DNA of 64,000 nt from Candidatus Nitrospinota bacterium M3_3B_026 (GTDB lineage: Bacteria; Nitrospinota_A; UBA7883; JBPRGF01), in assembly GCA_051418015.1 (NCBI GenBank), contig JBPRGF010000003.1:1-64000 (forward strand). The letters run 5' to 3'. This document shows, in pieces, positions 39,440-49,881 of the stretch. The translations under genes were made by a program, and so were the position numbers. Within the stretch, counting starts at the first letter, position 1. The number at the start of each line of letters is the position of its first letter. The notes beneath the pieces were generated by a model, which was not told the origin of the DNA, made no database searches, and saw nothing but the letters and a program-made list of their open reading frames with translations.

Positions 39440-40123
39440 TCAGGATACGGCGCCAGCGAGGCGGAGCGTTTCGAAAAGGGCGCGGATTTTCTCCTCCGAC
39501 TTCACACCCGGGGCCGACTCCACGCCGCTAGCCAGATCGATCCCATATATGCCGGGGACTTTGGCCGCCTCGGCGGCGTTGGCGGGGTTTATCCCCCCCG
39601 CGAGGAAGACCGGCCGGGGCGCCTCTTTCACGATCTTCGCGGCCGCGTCCCAGTCGCATCGTAGTCCCGTGCCGCCGAACATACCCTTCGCCGCCGTGTC
39701 CAGGACGAAGCCGTCCACCCCCGCCGCGGCATAGCCCTCCATCAGGCGCAGGATGGCGGCGGGGTCGTCTTCCCCCTCGCCCGCCGGCCGCAGGTGGACA
39801 GACTTGAAGACGCGCGCGCCGGTCTCGGCTTTCATCTCCGCGGCGGTCTGAGGCGTCTCCCGCCCGGTGAGCTGCAGGGCGAAGGGTTTCAGTTTTTCGA
39901 TATCGCGCAACAGGCCGGTGTCGCCCGCCGCCCTGTCGAAAAGCAGCAGAAAAGCCCTGTCGCGGAAACGTTCGAATATCGGCATGGCGGCATCGGCGGA
40001 GAGCGACCTTGGCGACCACTCCACGTCGAGGACAACGCCGAGAAAATCCGCCCCGTGGCGGACGGATGCCTCGCACCCCTCGATGGAGGTCTGCCCGCAG
40101 ATTTTCACTTTCAGCCCGGCCAT
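39440..40123 (-). CDS. trpF: Phosphoribosylanthranilate isomerase
   Basis: VKICG, SPR, GGTG...DW, LAGGI.P.N, DLASGVE. Confidence 0.93.
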   Translation of the reverse strand: MAGLKVKICGQTSIEGCEASVRHGADFLGVVLDVEWSPRSLSADAAMPIFERFRDRAFLLLFDRAAGDTGLLRDIEKLKPFALQLTGRETPQTAAEMKAETGARVFKSVHLRPAGEGEDDPAAILRLMEGYAAAGVDGFVLDTAAKGMFGGTGLRCDWDAAAKIVKEAPRPVFLAGGINPANAAEAAKVPGIYGIDLASGVESAPGVKSEEKIRALFETLRLAGAVS

Positions 40124-40225
40124 GGCGCGAAGAGGCGTTTCCCTTAAAAACGTTCGATCAGGGCCTGAGGCCGGCTCGACAAAGATTCAGCTTTGCGCAT
40201 GATGTCGCCTTTCGCGGGGTTACAG

Positions 40226-40370
40226 GGTTGTTGAAAAAACCGCCGATATGACACCGTTTTTCGCACAATGTCACTCTGAACGCCAGCGAAGAGTCTCGCA
40301 TCAAACGAAATAACGAGATTCTTCACCTAAAGGCTCAGAATGACAATTGAGTACGGTTTTTTCAACAACC
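40226..40370. mobile_element. MITE-like element with perfect 17-bp TIRs enclosing a REP-like hairpin
   Basis: GGTTGTTGAAAAAACCG (40226-40242) / CGGTTTTTTCAACAACC (40354-40370); internal TGTCAC...ATGACA 40269-40345. Confidence 0.7.
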
Positions 40371-40372
40371 GG

Positions 40373-40933
40373 CTAAAAACGTTCGATCAGGGCCTGGGTC
40401 TGTTTCGACCGGTAAATCTCCACGCTGGCCGCGGAGACAAGCTCGCCGCTTTGCGAATGGATAACCTTCACGTTCAGGTCGATGTCGCTTCCCTTCTGCA
40501 GGTCGGAGACCACCCCGGTGACCACCGCGTCCACGGAAAGCTCCTCTCCGATCAGCCGCGCCTGCTCCCGCGTCAGATCGGCGCGGGCGCTGATCTTCAG
40601 CTTCTCCAGCGCCGCGTTCACCTGCCCCTGGGGAGTTACCCGGAAGTCGCCTTTCGCGACGGCCCTTTCGGTGAACTTGCCGGTGAGGTACCTGCCAAGC
40701 TCGGAGACTCTGCCGTCGGGGTTGACGAACTCCAGCGCCGCCGCCCGGCGGAACGGGCGCAACTGGTTTTCCTTCAGCCTGTCGAGGAGCGTGTCGATCT
40801 GTGTGTTGAAATAGGCCGCGTCTGTGACGGGCGCGGGTTTTTCCGCAAGACCCACGGCCACCATGAGGTTCTGGCACCCGGCCGCGAAAAGCGCCGTGAA
40901 AAGCGCCGCGGCGAGAACGATATTTTTGCGCAT
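40373..40933 (-). CDS. FlgO/CsgG-like outer-membrane lipoprotein
   Basis: Lipobox AAGC; A.LEF...G..S.LG.YL, IG..L.VDAVVTG, INVKVI...GELVSAA pattern. Confidence 0.65.
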   Translation of the reverse strand: MRKNIVLAAALFTALFAAGCQNLMVAVGLAEKPAPVTDAAYFNTQIDTLLDRLKENQLRPFRRAAALEFVNPDGRVSELGRYLTGKFTERAVAKGDFRVTPQGQVNAALEKLKISARADLTREQARLIGEELSVDAVVTGVVSDLQKGSDIDLNVKVIHSQSGELVSAASVEIYRSKQTQALIERF

Positions 40934-40967
40934 CGGGCTTATTTTTACCACATTCCGCCCGCCGCCG

Positions 40968-41744
40968 CTACCTGCGGTTCCTTGCGTGGATGACCCGCAG
41001 CCCCTCCAGGGTCAGGTTCTCCTCCACGGCCTGGATCGTCCCGGATATCTGTGACACGAGGAGGGCCTGGCCGCCGGTGGCGATGACCTTCGGCTCCGGC
41101 GCAAGGCGCGGCTTCATTCTCTCCACGATACCGTCCACCAGGCTGGCGAAGCCGTAGTAGGCGCCCGACTGCATGGCGGCGACGGTGTTCTTGCCGATCA
41201 CCGACGGGGGTTTTTTGAACTCCACCTCGGGCAATCTGGCCGCGTGGTGGTACAGGGCGTTCAGCGAGAGCCCGATCCCCGGCGTGATCGCGCCGCCGAG
41301 ATACTCGGACTCCGCGGAGACGGCGTCTATGGTAATGGCCGTGCCGAAGTCGACCAGTATCAGCGGCGGGGCGTATTTTTCCAGCGCCCCCACGGCGTTC
41401 ACTATCCTGTCCGCCCCCACCTCGCGCGGGTCCTCCACCTTCAGCGATATCCCCGTCTTCACGCCGGGGCCCACCACCACCGGGTCGATGCCGAAGGTCT
41501 TGCGCAAAAACCCCAGGATCGGCGGCAGGGCGGGGGGGACGACGCAGGAGACCGCCGCGTCGGACACCGAGGCGGGGTCGATCTTTGAAAGACGCATAAG
41601 CTGCGTCACCATGACGGCCAGCTCGTCCTCGGTGCGCTCGCTTTTCGTGTCCAGCCGCCAGTTCGTCAGGAGCTTTTCGCCTTCGAAGACGCCGAGGACG
41701 ATGTTCGTGTTGCCGACGTCCACGGCGAGCAGTTTTTGTGTCAT
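40968..41744 (-). CDS. coaX: Type III pantothenate kinase
   Basis: VDVGNTN, GADRI, VDFGTA.T.D, GG.I.PG, ATGG. Confidence 0.96.
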   Translation of the reverse strand: MTQKLLAVDVGNTNIVLGVFEGEKLLTNWRLDTKSERTEDELAVMVTQLMRLSKIDPASVSDAAVSCVVPPALPPILGFLRKTFGIDPVVVGPGVKTGISLKVEDPREVGADRIVNAVGALEKYAPPLILVDFGTAITIDAVSAESEYLGGAITPGIGLSLNALYHHAARLPEVEFKKPPSVIGKNTVAAMQSGAYYGFASLVDGIVERMKPRLAPEPKVIATGGQALLVSQISGTIQAVEENLTLEGLRVIHARNRR

Positions 41745-41757
41745 GGCGTCTTAACGG

Positions 41758-41966
41758 GCTGTTGAAAAACTATTTCGCTGATCCGATACGAGACTCTTCG
41801 CTGACGCTCAGAGTGACATAGCAAGGAAACGGTCTCATCCTGAGCCGCTCCCTCTTGTCATCCTGAGGCGAAGCCGAAGGATCTCTGTCCTGTTTTTCAA
41901 TATGTTACGAGACTCTTCAGGGCCTTGCGACCCTTAACATGACATTGTGAGGTATTTTTCAACAAC
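41758..41966. mobile_element. MITE-like element (GYTGTTGAAAAA TIRs) containing REP-like hairpins
   Basis: GCTGTTGAAAAA (41758-41769) / TTTTTCAACAAC (41955-41966); internal sequence similar to the 40226 element in reverse orientation. Confidence 0.65.
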
Positions 41967-41969
41967 ATA

Positions 41970-42746
41970 CTACACAAACATGGTTTCGCCGAAGGCCCCG
42001 GAAAGCCGGGCGCCTCCGTCCGTCTCGATCACGAGTTCCCCGGTCTCGTTTATGTCCACGGCCACGCCTTCCATGCCGCTGTTCCCCGCCACCGCGACGC
42101 GCCGGCCGATGATCCCGCAGGCGTCCCGATACTCCCTCGCCACCGCCGCCGGACCCTCCGACGAAAGCCGGTCCAATAATCTCTCCAGAGCGTTTACGAA
42201 AAAAGCCAGCAAAAGCTCGCGCCGAACCTTCCGGCCGGTCTCGATGTAAAGCGACGTGGCCCAGGCCCGCAGATCTTCCGGGAAATCCTCCGGCGCCGTG
42301 TTCACGTTCATCCCCGCGCCGATCACCGCCACGGCCCGGCCCGCGCCCTGCCTCATCTCCACCAGCAGCCCCGCCGCCTTTTTCCCGTTCAGAAGAAGGT
42401 CGTTGGGGTATTTCAACGCCGCCGGGATCTCCGCCGCCTCCTCGACGGCCTCTCTGGCGGCCAGCCCCACGGCAAGGGATATTATACCCGGACGCGAAAG
42501 CCCCTCCGGCGCGGGCCAGGCGAGGCTCGCGGCGAGGCTTACGCCGGGAGGGCTTATCCATGCCCGGCCCCGCCGCCCCCGGCCCGCGGTCTGCCGCTCC
42601 GCGGCTACGGCCAGCTTTTCGATTCCCGGCTCGGCGGCTCTCTGTTTCAGCCATGTGTTGGTGGAAGAAGTTTCATCGAGGATTTTCAGGTTCGCCCCCA
42701 GCGTCCGGGTCTCTCTCGCGGCGTGGTAGATTCGCTCGTCGAACAT
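41970..42746 (-). CDS. birA: Biotin-protein ligase (no HTH)
   Basis: SSTN, QTAGRGRRGR.W, KYPND, KAAG. Confidence 0.93.
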   Translation of the reverse strand: MFDERIYHAARETRTLGANLKILDETSSTNTWLKQRAAEPGIEKLAVAAERQTAGRGRRGRAWISPPGVSLAASLAWPAPEGLSRPGIISLAVGLAAREAVEEAAEIPAALKYPNDLLLNGKKAAGLLVEMRQGAGRAVAVIGAGMNVNTAPEDFPEDLRAWATSLYIETGRKVRRELLLAFFVNALERLLDRLSSEGPAAVAREYRDACGIIGRRVAVAGNSGMEGVAVDINETGELVIETDGGARLSGAFGETMFV

Positions 42747-42781
42747 GGGGCCTCCCGCCGCCGGTGAATGGCTGACGCCTG

Positions 42782-43351
42782 TCACTTGAGGATGTGGTAG
42801 GTTTCGGCCATCTTGGGGTCAGTCCAGTCCCGCTCCCTGTGGGGATCCCTGTATTTGTACGGGCTGTTTGTGTTGTAATGGCACTGGGCGCAGACGGTCT
42901 TGCCCCGGAAAGGCTGGATCAACCCGGCGTGCTTGAGCCTGCGCGCCTTGTATTTCAGGTCTTTCTGGTCGTGCAGCTTCAGCCATTTCTCCGCCGCGCC
43001 GTGGCACTCCTCGCATCCTATCCCCTTCAGGTTCTCCGGCTGCTCCTCGAAGGTAAACCCGCCCGGTTTATCCCAGCCGGTCACGTGGCAGTTCATGCAG
43101 GACTTGTCGGTCCTGTAGTCCGTCTCCGGTTTCAGCCCGGCCTCTTTTTTCTCCTTTTCGCGGACGCCTGGCTTTAAAAGCCCGAAGACTTTCGCGTGGG
43201 CGGACTCCTTCCAGGACTTATATATTTCCTTGTGGCATTCCTCGCAGGGCTCGTTTCCGATGAACTTGCCCGGCGCGGCCATGGCGGCGTCTGCTGGGGC
43301 AAAGACGGAGAAAAGAAGGAGGATCACGAAGAGAATGTCAAAACGCCGCAT
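42782..43351 (-). CDS. Tetraheme cytochrome c (c554-like)
   Basis: Signal peptide; CEECH, CMNCHVTG, CEECHG, CAQCH. Confidence 0.85.
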   Translation of the reverse strand: MRRFDILFVILLLFSVFAPADAAMAAPGKFIGNEPCEECHKEIYKSWKESAHAKVFGLLKPGVREKEKKEAGLKPETDYRTDKSCMNCHVTGWDKPGGFTFEEQPENLKGIGCEECHGAAEKWLKLHDQKDLKYKARRLKHAGLIQPFRGKTVCAQCHYNTNSPYKYRDPHRERDWTDPKMAETYHILK

Positions 43352-43492
43352 AGTTAGAAAGTGTCGCGAGCCAGGTTGAAAAAATCAAGGTTCCTCATTT
43401 CGCTCCGCTCGTTCAGAACGCCAAGGGTTCGCAAGACACGCAAGGCTCCGGTATCCCGAGCCCATTCGGCTCCGCCTCAGAATGCTCCAGCC

Positions 43493-43564
43493 TGTCGTCC
43501 TGAACTTGTTTCAGGACCTCGGGTCTTTTATGGTTCGAGATGCTGAAATAAATTCAGCATGACG
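43493..43564. repeat. REP-like hairpin, subfamily B
   Basis: TGTCGTCCTGAACTTGTTTCAGG...GAGATGCTGAAATAAATTCAGCATGAC. Confidence 0.7.
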
Positions 43565-43658
43565 GCATCACGACAAGCGGCTGACATATTACCATGAACT
43601 CTGATTTAATATACAGATTACCCATGACTTGTCTGGATTCAAAGGATTTTCAGGTTTC

Positions 43659-44786
43659 ATGAGCCGTTTCGTATACCTCGACAACGCCGCCACGTCCTAT
43701 CCCAAACCGCGCTCCGTCGTCTCCGCCGTGGCGCGGGCGGTGGAGAGGGGCGGCGGCAACCCCGGCCGGGGCGGCGGGCGGCGGGCGGTTGCGGCGTCGC
43801 GGCTTGTCTTCGATGCGAGGATGTCGATAGCGGAGTTTTTCGGGTTTTCCCATCCGGAGAGGATCATATTCACGAGAAACGCCACCGAGGGGCTGAACAT
43901 GGCCCTCAAGGGCCTTTTGAGACGGGGCGACGCCGCGGCCGTATCCGCCCTGGAGCACAACGCGGTGATACGCCCCCTGACGGCCCTTAAAAAGCGGGGG
44001 GTGAAATTTTTCACGGCTCCGCTGAACGCCTACGGCCTGCCGGACCCCCGCCGCGTCCCGGACGTGAAGATGCTCGTCACCACCGCCGCCAGCAACGTCA
44101 CAGGCGCTCTGGCGGACGTGGAGGCGCTGGGGAGGGCCTGCCGGGGGCGGGGCGTTCTGCTGGTGGTGGACGCGGCGCAGACGGCCGGGTCCGTCCCCTT
44201 CGACGCGTCGAACATCGACGTCCTCGTCCTCACGGGCCACAAGGGTCTTCTCGGGCCGCAGGGGATAGGGTTCGTCTACTTCGCCCCCGGCGTGGAGCCT
44301 GCCACGTGGATCGAGGGGGGGACGGGGTCTGACTCCGAAAGCCCCCACATGCCCGGCTACTGGCCCGACCGGCACGAGGCGGGGACGGTTAATACGCCGG
44401 GGATAGCGGGGCTCGCGGCGGGGATCGCGTTCCTGAAACGAAAAACCGTCCAGGCCGCTCGGGAAAAGGAGACCGAGCTTGCGCGGGTCATCATGGAAAG
44501 GTTTTTGGACGACGAGCGGATAGAGGTCTATCCCCCTTTCGAGCCTGAGCGGCGGGCGAGCCTTGTGTCGTTCAACATCCGGGGGATAGACCCCGCCGAG
44601 GCGGCGGACGCGCTGGACCGGCGCGGGATATCCCTGCGGGCGGGGCTTCACTGCTCCCCGGCGGCCCACAGGTTCCTGGGGACTTTTCCGGCGGGGGCGC
44701 TGCGCGTCAGCCCGGGGGCCATGACGGGCAAGAGGGACATACTCGCCTTCCTCTCCGCCCTGGACAGGGTTCTGGGAAGACGATGA
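43659..44786 (+). CDS. Cysteine desulfurase-family aminotransferase class V
   Basis: YLDNAATS, EHN, DAAQ, TGHK.L.GP.G, RAGLHC. Confidence 0.93.
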   Translation: MSRFVYLDNAATSYPKPRSVVSAVARAVERGGGNPGRGGGRRAVAASRLVFDARMSIAEFFGFSHPERIIFTRNATEGLNMALKGLLRRGDAAAVSALEHNAVIRPLTALKKRGVKFFTAPLNAYGLPDPRRVPDVKMLVTTAASNVTGALADVEALGRACRGRGVLLVVDAAQTAGSVPFDASNIDVLVLTGHKGLLGPQGIGFVYFAPGVEPATWIEGGTGSDSESPHMPGYWPDRHEAGTVNTPGIAGLAAGIAFLKRKTVQAAREKETELARVIMERFLDDERIEVYPPFEPERRASLVSFNIRGIDPAEAADALDRRGISLRAGLHCSPAAHRFLGTFPAGALRVSPGAMTGKRDILAFLSALDRVLGRR

Positions 44787-45037
44787 CCGGGAAACTGCTC
44801 GCCGTCTTCGTCTCCACCCACGAGACGCTGCGGGCCGAGCGAGCCCTCAAGGAGGCCGGGATAAGAGTCCGCGCCACGGTCAAGCCGCGGACGATAGGCT
44901 CGAACTGCCAGATGGCGCTCGCCTTCCCGGAGGAGAGGCGGGACGACGTGCTCCGGATCGCCCGCGGCGGGGGGTTCGCTCTCGTGGGCGTCTACCGCCG
45001 GGCGGAGGGAGGCGGCTGGGCCGAGGCGGACGGCTGA
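44783..45037 (+). CDS. DUF3343-family small protein
   Basis: F.STH..L.AE..LK..G...PR.I...C..AL. Confidence 0.8.
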   Translation: MTGKLLAVFVSTHETLRAERALKEAGIRVRATVKPRTIGSNCQMALAFPEERRDDVLRIARGGGFALVGVYRRAEGGGWAEADG

Positions 45038-45058
45038 GCGCGTCCCCGTGGCCCGCGG

Positions 45059-45868
45059 TCAGTTGTGTATCTTGACTATCTTCTTTACCAGGAAATCCCA
45101 CTCGTAGGGGCTGTCCCTTTCGTGGGAGACGGCGCCCTCCAGGGTCACCACCTTGCCGATGTGTTTGGACAGCGCTTCGGTCTTCGGCCCGTTTATGTAG
45201 TAGCTGTTCTTGTTCCCGCGTTTTATCACCACCGGCACAAGCTGCAGGCCGTCGTCCCGCAACGGCATCAGCCTGCCCGTCACGGTGACGATCTTCGTCT
45301 CTTTCGCGCCGCTGGACGTGGTCACCTGGTCTGCTTTCAGGATAACGGGGTAGTCGCTTTTCGGCACCACCGCCAGGACGTAATGGATCGACTTTTTCGG
45401 CGGGATGCGGTAGTTCACCATCTTGTGGCGGTATGAGACCTTCACCTCGATGGACTTCTCCTTTTCGTCCATGAGGATGCTGTTCATCGAGATGCTGTAA
45501 TTGTCCATCGGCTGGGAGAAGACCCCGACGACCATCTGCTTGCCATAATCCAGCCGCGAAAGCCTCTTGCGCAGGTTGTCGATCCTGGCCTTGGTGATCC
45601 TGTTCTTGTGCCGCTCGAATCCGTTCAATAGATACTCCAGCCCCTCCCGGGACCTTATCACCTGTATGTATGGCGGCTGTGTCAGCGAGCTGCCGGCCAC
45701 GTTCGTCAGGAACGACCCTTCGATTCTGCGGGTCACGGGGACTTTTTCGAAGCATACGGCCTGGCCAGCCAGAATGGAGACGATGAAAGCGGTCAACACC
45801 GCGCCCCTGGCGAGCGTCTTCACGCCTGTTCCGCGCCGTTTCTTTTTCGAAGCCGCGCCGTGAATCAT
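45059..45868 (-). CDS. Exported hypothetical protein (PrcB C-terminal-like domain)
   Basis: Signal-like hydrophobic stretch; D...QMVVGVF...Y.I.. pattern; start uncertain. Confidence 0.55.
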   Translation of the reverse strand: MIHGAASKKKRRGTGVKTLARGAVLTAFIVSILAGQAVCFEKVPVTRRIEGSFLTNVAGSSLTQPPYIQVIRSREGLEYLLNGFERHKNRITKARIDNLRKRLSRLDYGKQMVVGVFSQPMDNYSISMNSILMDEKEKSIEVKVSYRHKMVNYRIPPKKSIHYVLAVVPKSDYPVILKADQVTTSSGAKETKIVTVTGRLMPLRDDGLQLVPVVIKRGNKNSYYINGPKTEALSKHIGKVVTLEGAVSHERDSPYEWDFLVKKIVKIHN

Positions 45869-46896
45869 GTAAAAGGCAGGTTCAAGGGCTTGCGCCCCGC
45901 CTCGTCCATGCCGAAGTGACGGTAGGCAAGCGGCGTGGCCGTCCTCCCCCGCGGGGTGCGCTGCATCAGCCCCTCCTGGATCAGGTAGGGCTCCAGCACG
46001 TCCTCTATCGTGTCCCTGTCCTCGGACATGGCGGCGGCGATGGTCTCGATCCCCACCGGCCCGCCGTTGAACTTTTTCATGATCGTCAGCATCAGCTTCC
46101 TGTCCATCTTGTCGAACCCCCGGGAGTCCACCTCCAGCATGGAGAGCGCCTCGGCGGCGACTTTGCCGGTTATGACTCCGTCCGCCCTCACCTCGGCGTA
46201 GTCCCGCACCCTCCGCAAAAGCCTGTTGGCCACCCTCGGCGTGCCCCTGCCCCGGCGGGCTATCTCCCCGGCTCCGCTCTCCTCCAGCCTCACCCCCAGG
46301 ATGGCGGCGGAGCGTTTTATCACCTGCTCCAGCTCTTCGGCGGCGTAGAACTCCAGCCTGTGTATTATGCCAAACCTGTCGCGCAGGGGAGAGGTCAAAA
46401 GCCCCGCCCTGGTGGTGGCCCCGACCAGGGTGAAGGGCGGCAGGTCGAGGTTTATGGAGCGCGCGGCGGGGCCTTGGCCTATTATTATGTCGATCCTGAA
46501 ATCCTCCATCGCCGGGTAGAGAATCTCCTCCACCGCGGCGTTCAGCCTGTGTATCTCGTCGATGAAAAGAACGTCGTGGGGCTCCATGCCGGTCAGTATC
46601 GCCGCCAGGTCGCCGGGCCTCTGGAGCACCGGGCCGGAGGTCGTCCTTATCGCCACGCCGAGCTCGCCGGCCATGATATGGGCCAGGGTCGTCTTGCCCA
46701 GGCCGGGCGGGCCGTAAAAAAGGCAGTGGTCCAGCGCTCCACCCCTGCCCCGGGCGGCGGCTATGGAGACGGCCATGTTCTCCTTGAGCGCCTTCTGGCC
46801 GATGAATTCGGCGAGGGTGGCGGGCCTCAGCCCGGTCTCTTCTTTCAGCTCCTGGCCGGACTCCGGCTCGGGGTCGGTGATCCTGTCGTCTGACAT
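45865..46896 (-). CDS. ruvB: Holliday junction helicase RuvB
   Basis: [29 protein letters not shown]. Confidence 0.98.
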   Translation of the reverse strand: MSDDRITDPEPESGQELKEETGLRPATLAEFIGQKALKENMAVSIAAARGRGGALDHCLFYGPPGLGKTTLAHIMAGELGVAIRTTSGPVLQRPGDLAAILTGMEPHDVLFIDEIHRLNAAVEEILYPAMEDFRIDIIIGQGPAARSINLDLPPFTLVGATTRAGLLTSPLRDRFGIIHRLEFYAAEELEQVIKRSAAILGVRLEESGAGEIARRGRGTPRVANRLLRRVRDYAEVRADGVITGKVAAEALSMLEVDSRGFDKMDRKLMLTIMKKFNGGPVGIETIAAAMSEDRDTIEDVLEPYLIQEGLMQRTPRGRTATPLAYRHFGMDEAGRKPLNLPFT

Positions 46897-46952
46897 GGAT
46901 GTTATTATACGCTCAACGCGCGGCGCGGCCAAAAAACCCCTCCGGCCGCGGT

Positions 46953-47441
46953 TCAGCGCTTCATGGCGCGGTCCATCTCCCGTTGCGCCGTCCTGCGTTT
47001 GAGGGTCTCGCGCTTGTCGTAGAGCTTCTTTCCCTTCGCGATCCCAAGCTCCAGCTTGGCTCGGCCGCGTTTGAAGTAGACCTTGAGCGGGACGATCGTC
47101 AACCCCTTTTCCCTCGAGGCGGCCTCGAGCTTTTTTATCTGCCGTTTGTGCAGCAGCAGTTTTCTGTCCCGGGTGGGCTCGTAAACCTGAAAAGTGTTCA
47201 TGGCCGCGTATGGCGAGATGTTCGCCCCGACCAGCCAGACCTCGCCTCTTTTCACCCTGGCGTAGGACTCGGCCAGGTTCATCTTGCCCTCGCGGAGCGA
47301 TTTCACCTCGGCGCCGATCAGGACGATCCCGGCCTCGACGGTCTCCAGGATGTGATAGTCGTGGCGGGCCTTGCGGTTTACGATTGTGGGCGGACCGGTT
47401 TTTTCCTTTTCGCCTTTGGTTTTTTTTCCACGCCGCGCCAT
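46953..47441 (-). CDS. smpB: SsrA-binding protein
   Basis: [33 protein letters not shown]. Confidence 0.98.
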   Translation of the reverse strand: MARRGKKTKGEKEKTGPPTIVNRKARHDYHILETVEAGIVLIGAEVKSLREGKMNLAESYARVKRGEVWLVGANISPYAAMNTFQVYEPTRDRKLLLHKRQIKKLEAASREKGLTIVPLKVYFKRGRAKLELGIAKGKKLYDKRETLKRRTAQREMDRAMKR

Positions 47442-47758
47442 TAAGTATCTTCTGACTCTTTTAAAAGGCCGGACTTGCCGTACCGGCGCTCCAGCTCGTC
47501 GAAGACCTGGTCGACCGGTATGTTCTTCTGGGCCAGGGCGACGATGGTGTGAAACCACAGGTCGGCGGTCTCGTAGACGATCGCCGCATCGTCGCCCTCC
47601 TTGTGGGCCAGGATGGTCTCCACAGCCTCCTCGCCAACCTTCTCTAAAATCTTATTCTCGCCTTTCTTGTATAACCTTGCCACGTAGGAGGCCTCCGGGT
47701 CGGCTTTTTTCCTGTCGATCGCCAGGTCGTAAATCTTCCGCAACACGTTTTTTTCCAT
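47441..47758 (-). CDS. hisE: Phosphoribosyl-ATP pyrophosphatase
   Basis: [21 protein letters not shown]. Confidence 0.95.
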   Translation of the reverse strand: MEKNVLRKIYDLAIDRKKADPEASYVARLYKKGENKILEKVGEEAVETILAHKEGDDAAIVYETADLWFHTIVALAQKNIPVDQVFDELERRYGKSGLLKESEDT

Positions 47759-47811
47759 TATGGTCCTTCGCTCAAAATCGTGTCCACATAAAGCCGGGCT
47801 CCGCGCCCAAT

Positions 47812-47899
47812 CAATGTCATCCTGAGCGAAAGCGAAGGATCCCGTCCGGCCTTGCAAGGGACAACGGGATTCTTCGGCTGCCGCCTCAGAATGACATTG
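47812..47899. repeat. REP-like hairpin, subfamily A
   Basis: CAATGTCATCCTGAGCGAAAGCGAAGGATCCCG...CGGGATTCTTCG...CTCAGAATGACATTG. Confidence 0.8.
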
Positions 47900-47971
47900 T
47901 GAATCCCATCCCGCCGCCGGTAGAGGGGATGCCTGTGGTTGTCTGCCTTCACTTTCGCGCATCGCTCGCCT

Positions 47972-48748
47972 TCAGCCATGGTCCTCCGGGTCGCGAGCGG
48001 AGACGCCCTTCTCCCGCAGATAGCGCTTCGCCTCGGCTATCGTATATTCGCGGAAATGGAATATCGACGCCGCCAGGACGGCGTCCGCCTCGCCCTCGGT
48101 GAGCGCCTCGTACAAATGCTCCAGGCTCCCCGCGCCGCCGGAGGCTATGACCGGTATCTCGACGGCCCGGCTCACCGCCCGGGTAAGCTCTATGTCGTAG
48201 CCGTCCTTCGTCCCGTCGGCGTCCATGGAGGTCAGCAGTATCTCGCCCGCCCCCATCCGCTCCATCCTCCCCGCCCATTTCACGGCGTCCAGACCCGTCG
48301 GCGTCCGCCCCCCGTGGGTGTAGACCTCCCATCCGCCGCCCTCTTTTCTTTTCGCGTCGATGGCCACCACGACAAGCTGACTGCCGAAACGCCGCGCCGC
48401 CTCCCCGACGAACCCAGGGTTTTTCACCGCGGCGGTGTTGACGGCCACCTTGTCCGCCCCGGCGCGCAGGAGCCTGTGGATATCCTCCAGCGTCCGAGTC
48501 CCCCCGCCGACGGTAAGCGGCATGAAGACCTGTTCGGCCGTCCGGGCGACGACGTCGAGGATGATGTCGCGTTTGTCCGAGGAGGCGGTGATGTCCAAAA
48601 AGGCGAGCTCGTCGGCGCCCTGCTCGTCGTACATCCGGGCGATCTCCACGGGGTCGCCCGCGTCGCGCAGGTTTAAAAATTTCACACCCTTCACCACTCG
48701 CCCCTCGGTGACGTCGAGGCAGGGGATTATGCGGCGGCGCAGGGTCAT
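47972..48748 (-). CDS. hisF: Imidazole glycerol phosphate synthase cyclase subunit
   Basis: [30 protein letters not shown]. Confidence 0.98.
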   Translation of the reverse strand: MTLRRRIIPCLDVTEGRVVKGVKFLNLRDAGDPVEIARMYDEQGADELAFLDITASSDKRDIILDVVARTAEQVFMPLTVGGGTRTLEDIHRLLRAGADKVAVNTAAVKNPGFVGEAARRFGSQLVVVAIDAKRKEGGGWEVYTHGGRTPTGLDAVKWAGRMERMGAGEILLTSMDADGTKDGYDIELTRAVSRAVEIPVIASGGAGSLEHLYEALTEGEADAVLAASIFHFREYTIAEAKRYLREKGVSARDPEDHG

Positions 48749-49479
48749 CGGCTTTTCCCCCTGGACAGCGCTATCGCCTCGGCCAGGTCGAGCGTTCCGT
48801 CGTATATCGCCTTGCCGGCGATCATCGAGGTCACGCCGTACTTTTCAAGCTCCATGATGGCGCGGACGTCGTCCAGGGTGGTGACGCCGCCGGAGGCAGT
48901 GACGGGGATATCGACGGCCTGCGCGAAGTTTTTCAGCCCCTCCACGTTCGCCCCCGCCAGCATCCCGTCGCGGGATATGTCGGTGTAGACTACGCCTGCC
49001 GCGCCCATGGCGGCGAACCTTCCGGCGAGCGCCACGGGGTCGGCCTCGACGGTTTCCACCCAACCCTTGGTCGCGGGTTTTCCGTCTTTTACGTCCATGC
49101 CGACGAGTATCCTGTCCGGGAAAAGGTCCGCCGCCGCCAGAACGAAGTCGGGATTTTCCACCGCCGCGGTGCCTATTATCACCTGCGAGGCGCCGAGGTC
49201 TATGTAGTCGCTGACCGTCTGGACAGACCGCGCCCCGCCTCCCACCTCGACGAAGACCCCCGCCGCCTCGACGATCGCCGCGATGGCCTTCCCGTTCACC
49301 GGCCTTCCGGTTTTCGCCGCGTCGAGGTCGACCACGTGCAGCCCCTCCGCGCCCATCTCGGCCCACTTGCGGGCGAAGGCGGCCGGGTCGTCGGAGTAGA
49401 CCGTCTTCTCGGAGAATTCGCCCTTTTTCAGGCGGACGACTTTTCCGTCCATGATGTCGATGGCTGGCAATATTCTCAT
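48745..49479 (-). CDS. hisA: ProFAR isomerase
   Basis: PAID, HVVDLD.A, TDISRDG. Confidence 0.97.
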   Translation of the reverse strand: MRILPAIDIMDGKVVRLKKGEFSEKTVYSDDPAAFARKWAEMGAEGLHVVDLDAAKTGRPVNGKAIAAIVEAAGVFVEVGGGARSVQTVSDYIDLGASQVIIGTAAVENPDFVLAAADLFPDRILVGMDVKDGKPATKGWVETVEADPVALAGRFAAMGAAGVVYTDISRDGMLAGANVEGLKNFAQAVDIPVTASGGVTTLDDVRAIMELEKYGVTSMIAGKAIYDGTLDLAEAIALSRGKSR

Positions 49480-49561
49480 GGCTTATCCGTGAAACCGGTA
49501 AAAAAAGCAGCAGACCAGTTCGTCATCCCGGTCATTAGAACGAAATATCCTGCGTCTTACG

Positions 49562-49636
49562 TTGTCATCCTGAGCCGAAGGCGAAGGATCCCGTTGTTGG
49601 AAAGAATGAGATGCTTCGCTGCGCTCAGCATGACAA
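49562..49636. repeat. REP-like hairpin, subfamily A
   Basis: TTGTCATCCTGAGCCGAAGGCGAAGGATC...GATGCTTCGCTGCGCTCAGCATGACAA. Confidence 0.8.
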
Positions 49637-49726
49637 AAAGTCCACAGTCCCGCCCACTATAGACGAGGGCGGCGGGGAAATCCAGTGGGGGGAGGAGTTG
49701 GCGGGACGGCGGGCGGCGAGCCGGTT

Positions 49727-49797
49727 TGTCATTCCGGCCTCCGAGCCGGAATCTCTATCCGGCGAATTCGAGATGCTGAAATAAATCCAGCATGACA
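49727..49797. repeat. REP-like hairpin, hybrid arms
   Basis: TGTCATTCCGGC...GCCGGAATCT...GAGATGCTGAAATAAATCCAGCATGACA. Confidence 0.7.
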
Positions 49798-49881
49798 AGC
49801 GAGGCGTCGAGAAAATGAGCTTCAACGCGACACACTTATAACAAAACCATCACCAGCCGCCCGGCGCCCCCGCCACCACAT

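Noticed and set aside
46953..47441. tmRNA gene near smpB
   Set aside because: No ssrA-like termini recognised in flanking sequence
47758..47979. Possible hisI between hisF and hisE
   Set aside because: ORF is mostly REP hairpin sequence and lacks HisI Cys/Asp motifs
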